A stretch of 55,048 nt of DNA, from contig JBJEHM010000059.1 in assembly GCA_051876075.1 (NCBI GenBank), positions 1 to 55,048 on the forward strand. Direction: 5' to 3'. Under the pieces are notes generated by a model. It saw nothing but the letters and a program-made list of their open reading frames with translations. It did not search any database and was not told the origin of the DNA. How positions within the stretch are numbered: the first letter of the stretch is position 1; each line of letters begins with the position of its first letter. Origin of the DNA: Coriobacteriales bacterium (lineage in GTDB: Bacteria; Actinomycetota; Coriobacteriia; Coriobacteriales; QAMH01). Below are positions 49,436-55,048 of the stretch, one piece after another. A program made the translations under genes and the position numbers.

Positions 49436-49524
49436 AAAAGCGCCATAAGATAGCACGCGTACTCATACGTCATAATGCGTTTCATGAGTTGACCGGAAAC
49501 GTTCTCGAGCAAGGGAGCCGGCAA

Positions 49525-51615
<2,091 letters not shown>

Positions 51616-51637
51616 GAGCCTCTTCAAAACGGCTGTT

Positions 51638-51677
51638 GGGCGGCCCTGCTCCCCTGATGGAGCGGGGCCGCTCTTTG
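51638..51677 (+). terminator. Intrinsic terminator after glnA
   Basis: GGGCGGCCCTGCTCC...GGAGCGGGGCCGCTC followed by TTT. Confidence 0.7.
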
Positions 51678-51759
51678 TGCGCAAGACGTCAAATCCGGCG
51701 CTGCCTTGGGGACTCTGTCGTATGATTGCGGGGTACAGCCTGGAGAAAGGACGTTATCC

Positions 51760-52845
51760 GTGGCCCTCATCAACCGCAAGAAGCCCGAGACCCCCGCTTG
51801 GGAGGACGAGGTTCAGCCCCTGCCAGAAAAGCTCATCACCTACGCCATCCCCTGCTATAACTCTGCCGAGTACATGGACCACTGCATCGAGTCCATCCTC
51901 GCATGCAACTGCGACGACATAGAGATCATCGTGGTCGACGACGGCTCCGCCAAGGACAACACCTTCGAGAAGGCCCAGCTCTGGGAGACCGCCTACCCCG
52001 GCATCGTCCGCGCCGTCCACCAGGAAAACGGCGGCCACGGTGCGGCTGTGATGAAAGGGCTCGAGGAGGCCCGCGGCCTGTACTACAAGGTCGTAGACAG
52101 CGACGACTGGCTGGACAACGGCTCCAACTGCCACATGCTCGCCACCCTGCGCGAGTACCAGGAGCAGCCCCTCGACCTCATGATCGTGAACTACGTCTAC
52201 GAGCACACCACCACCAACACCCAGGAGCCCATGCGCTACCGCCATGTGCTGCCGGTGGACAAGGTCTTCTCCTGGGACGAAGTGGGCCGCTTCAACCCCA
52301 GCCAGTACATCCTCATGCACAGCGTGGTCTACCGCACAGAGATGCTGCGCGCCGTTGACCTCAAGCTCCCGCGCCACACCTTCTACGTGGACAACATCTT
52401 CGTCTACAAACCGCTGCCCTTCTGCAACCGCATCTACTACCTGGACGTCGACCTCTACCGCTACTTCATCGGGCGCGAGGACCAGTCCGTCAACGAGCAG
52501 GTGATGGTGGGGCGCATCGAGCAGCAGCTCCGCATCACGCGTGAGATGATCGACGCCTACCATCTGGACCGCGACGTGAAGAGCAAGAGGCTGCGCAGCT
52601 ACATGTACAGCTACCTCACCATGATGATGTGCATCTGCACGGTCTTCAGCATGATGAGCGAGCGCGAGGACAAGGAGGAGCTGCGCGCAGGCATCTGGCG
52701 CTACCTCGAAGAGCACGACCAGAAGATGTACCGCCATGTGAAGCACAGCCTGCTGGGCTCTGCCATGCAGCTCCACGGCAACGTGGGCGACAAGCTGCTC
52801 TTGGGCGGCTACCACATCGCTCAGAAGCTCTTCAAGTTCAACTAG
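51760..52845 (+). CDS. Glycosyltransferase family 2 protein
   Basis: IPCYNS, IIVVDDGS, ENGGHG, VDSDDW, FYVDN, YRYFIGREDQSVN; AAAGGA RBS, GTG start. Confidence 0.9.
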   Translation: MALINRKKPETPAWEDEVQPLPEKLITYAIPCYNSAEYMDHCIESILACNCDDIEIIVVDDGSAKDNTFEKAQLWETAYPGIVRAVHQENGGHGAAVMKGLEEARGLYYKVVDSDDWLDNGSNCHMLATLREYQEQPLDLMIVNYVYEHTTTNTQEPMRYRHVLPVDKVFSWDEVGRFNPSQYILMHSVVYRTEMLRAVDLKLPRHTFYVDNIFVYKPLPFCNRIYYLDVDLYRYFIGREDQSVNEQVMVGRIEQQLRITREMIDAYHLDRDVKSKRLRSYMYSYLTMMMCICTVFSMMSEREDKEELRAGIWRYLEEHDQKMYRHVKHSLLGSAMQLHGNVGDKLLLGGYHIAQKLFKFN

Positions 52846-52991
52846 CTGCACCCGGCAGCTGCCAGACAGGTCCCTGTTGCGTGCGGGGGCTGCTTTGGCC
52901 TGCCCTGCGGGAGAGACCCTCGCGCGTACTGCCCAAGCGTGGCATAATCAAAGCTTGCGTCTAACCTGATGAGTAGTAAGGAACACAGAGC

Positions 52992-54074
52992 ATGTACAGC
53001 AAGCTCACCAAGATCATCGAGGCCTACGAGGCCCTGGAGGCCAAGTTGGGAGACCCAGCGGTTATGGCCGATATGAAGGAGTACACCAAGCTCACCAAGG
53101 AGCATGCCAACCAGAGGGAGCTCGTGGAGCATGCCCGCCAGTACGTGAGTCTGAGCGACCAGCTCGCCAACGCCAAGGATGTGCTCAAGAACGAGACCGA
53201 CCCGGACTTCAAGGAGCTTGCGCAGGAAGAGATCGCAGAGATCGAGCCCCAGCTGCCCGCCCTTGAGGAAGAGATCAAGTTCATGCTCCTGCCGGCAGAC
53301 CCCAACGACGAGAAGGACATCATCGTCGAGATCCGCTCTGCTGCCGGTGGCGACGAGGCCGCGATCTTCGCGGGCGACCTCTTCAAGATGTACTGCCGCT
53401 ACGCAGAGAGCAAGAAGTGGAAGATCGAGGTCATCGACTCCAACCCCTCCGACCAAGGCGGTTTCTCCAAGATCGAGTTCAAGATGCTGGGAGACAAGGT
53501 CTACAGCTCGATGAAGTTCGAGTCTGGCGTGCACCGCGTGCAGCGCGTTCCCAAGACAGAGAGCCAGGGCCGCATCCAGACCTCCACGGCCACGGTCGCC
53601 GTTCTGCCAGAGGCAGACGACATAGAGATCGACATCAAGCAAGAGGACCTGCGCATCGACGTCTACCGCGCAGGTGGCCCTGGCGGCCAGTGCGTGAATA
53701 CCACGGACTCCGCCGTGCGCATCACCCACCTTCCCACGGGCCTGGTGGTGCAGTCCCAGGACCAGAAGTCCCAGATCCAAAACCGCGAGGCAGCCATGCA
53801 GGTGCTGCGCGCCCGCCTCTATGACAAGATGCTCCAAGAGCAGCAGGAGGCCCTGGGTGCAGACCGCCGCAGCCAGATCGGCGGCGGCAACCGTTCCGAG
53901 AAGATCCGCACCTACAACGGCCCGCAGGATCGCGTGACAGACCACCGCATCGGCTACAACGGCACCTACAACGGCGTGCTGAACGCAGACGGCCTGGCCG
54001 ACCTCATCGAGAACCTGGCTGCTGCAGACCGCGCTGCCCGCCTGGAGGCGGCAACCGCCGGAGAAGCCCAGTAA
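52992..54074 (+). CDS. prfA: Peptide chain release factor 1
   Basis: [20 protein letters not shown] (PxT, RF1-specific), GGQ, RTYN; prmC downstream. Confidence 0.97.
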   Translation: MYSKLTKIIEAYEALEAKLGDPAVMADMKEYTKLTKEHANQRELVEHARQYVSLSDQLANAKDVLKNETDPDFKELAQEEIAEIEPQLPALEEEIKFMLLPADPNDEKDIIVEIRSAAGGDEAAIFAGDLFKMYCRYAESKKWKIEVIDSNPSDQGGFSKIEFKMLGDKVYSSMKFESGVHRVQRVPKTESQGRIQTSTATVAVLPEADDIEIDIKQEDLRIDVYRAGGPGGQCVNTTDSAVRITHLPTGLVVQSQDQKSQIQNREAAMQVLRARLYDKMLQEQQEALGADRRSQIGGGNRSEKIRTYNGPQDRVTDHRIGYNGTYNGVLNADGLADLIENLAAADRAARLEAATAGEAQ

Positions 54075-54168
54075 CCCGCACCCCAAGCAGCATCACGCGC
54101 CCCGCATCCCACACCAGGGTTGCGGGGCGCGGTGCACGCTGCACCGTTTGCGCACCAGAGGAGCAAAC

Positions 54169-55029
54169 ATGCCAGACAACGAGCTGTGGACCGTCCAGCG
54201 CACCCTGAGCTGGTGCACGGAGTACCTCGATCGCCATGGTGACGAGCACCCCTCGCGCAGCGCCGAGTGGCTCATGAGCGCTGCCACGGGCATGAGCCGT
54301 GTGGAACTCTACGCCTACTACGACAAGCCCCTCTCCATGGCTGAGCGCGATGTGCTGAGAGAGAGTCTGCGCCGCCGCGGGGCGGGGGAGCCCCTGCAGT
54401 ATGTCACGGGAGAAGCAGCCTTTCGCCATATCATCGTGCGCACGGCACCCGGGGTGCTGATTCCCCGCCCAGAGACAGAGCTGCTCGTGGAGCTGGCCCT
54501 GGAGCATGCCCGCTCCCAGCAACTCGAGGACCCCCGCGTGCTCGAGGTCGGCTGCGGGACGGGCTGCGTCGCGCTTTCCCTTGCCAAGGAGTGCCCCGCC
54601 CGGGTGGTTGCCACGGACATCTCTGCACAGGCCGTTGCGTGCGCGCTCCGCAACGCAGAGGCGCTCGAGCTCTCGGACCACGTCCAGGTTGTGCAGACAG
54701 ACTGCGTCAAGGGCGTTGAGGGCCCCTTCGACATGCTGGTGAGCAACCCGCCCTACATCCCCAGCGCCGTGGTGGCGGGGCTGGATCGCGAGGTTGTTGG
54801 CTACGAGCCGCACCTGGCCCTTGACGGGGGAGAAGACGGCCTCGACTTCTTCAACCGCTTGCTGGCAGAGGCTTGCGGGCTTCTCTCCCCAGGCGGACTG
54901 TTTGCCTGCGAGCTTCACGAGACCTGCCTCGACGAGGCGCTCGCGCGCGCGCGTGCGGCGGGCCTGAAGGAAGCCGCCGTTCACCGTGACCTCGCAGGCA
55001 AGCCCCGCTTCCTCACAGCCCGCGCGTAG
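54169..55029 (+). CDS. prmC: Release factor glutamine methyltransferase
   Basis: RR..GEPLQY, VLIPRPETE, EVGCGTG, SNPPY, EP..ALDGG.DGL. Confidence 0.95.
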   Translation: MPDNELWTVQRTLSWCTEYLDRHGDEHPSRSAEWLMSAATGMSRVELYAYYDKPLSMAERDVLRESLRRRGAGEPLQYVTGEAAFRHIIVRTAPGVLIPRPETELLVELALEHARSQQLEDPRVLEVGCGTGCVALSLAKECPARVVATDISAQAVACALRNAEALELSDHVQVVQTDCVKGVEGPFDMLVSNPPYIPSAVVAGLDREVVGYEPHLALDGGEDGLDFFNRLLAEACGLLSPGGLFACELHETCLDEALARARAAGLKEAAVHRDLAGKPRFLTARA

Positions 55030-55048
55030 AGGGCTAGTAAAAATTCTC

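Noticed and set aside
54097-54145. Two GC hairpins between prfA and prmC
   Set aside because: No U-tail, no second copy in the window, and typical of GC-rich spacers.

Overview
High-GC (Actinomycetota-type; gene content, anaerobe-type enzymes and TAnnnT promoters suggest Coriobacteriia) core chromosomal segment with about 43 protein genes, nearly all on the + strand, and one tRNA-Ser(UGA). It holds veg, a pgi-like gene, ispE, dinB, scattered purine genes (purA-purD-nudix-purE; purF-purM-purN; xpt-pbuX), a PLP aminotransferase/Ddl-like ATP-grasp pair followed by queDECF, ytxH/PRC-barrel/rnr, a LytS/LytTR pair, a heterodimeric ABC exporter, a secreted SGNH hydrolase, htpG, folC, thrS-leuCDB-galU, gdhA, a 1468-aa ATPase-activator/dehydratase fusion, type III glutamine synthetase, a GT2, prfA and prmC. 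I saw no transposase, integrase, phage gene or CRISPR array. Most notable unexplained signals: (1) a thrS 5' leader with two near-identical 5-bp-stem/7-nt-loop hairpins presenting a UGU (Thr) anticodon, plus an anti-SD helix, i.e. a candidate tRNA-mimic autoregulatory operator in place of a T-box; (2) a stand-alone cyanophycin-synthetase N-domain-like protein with an intact HxC-x18-HxxEH metal site just upstream of an aminotransferase and an atypical ATP-grasp ligase; (3) a 199-bp-period tRNA-linked repeat with an internally deleted second copy; (4) 11-bp-phased GlnR-like boxes upstream of both gdhA and glnA(III). All assignments come from motif recognition by eye; no searches were run.
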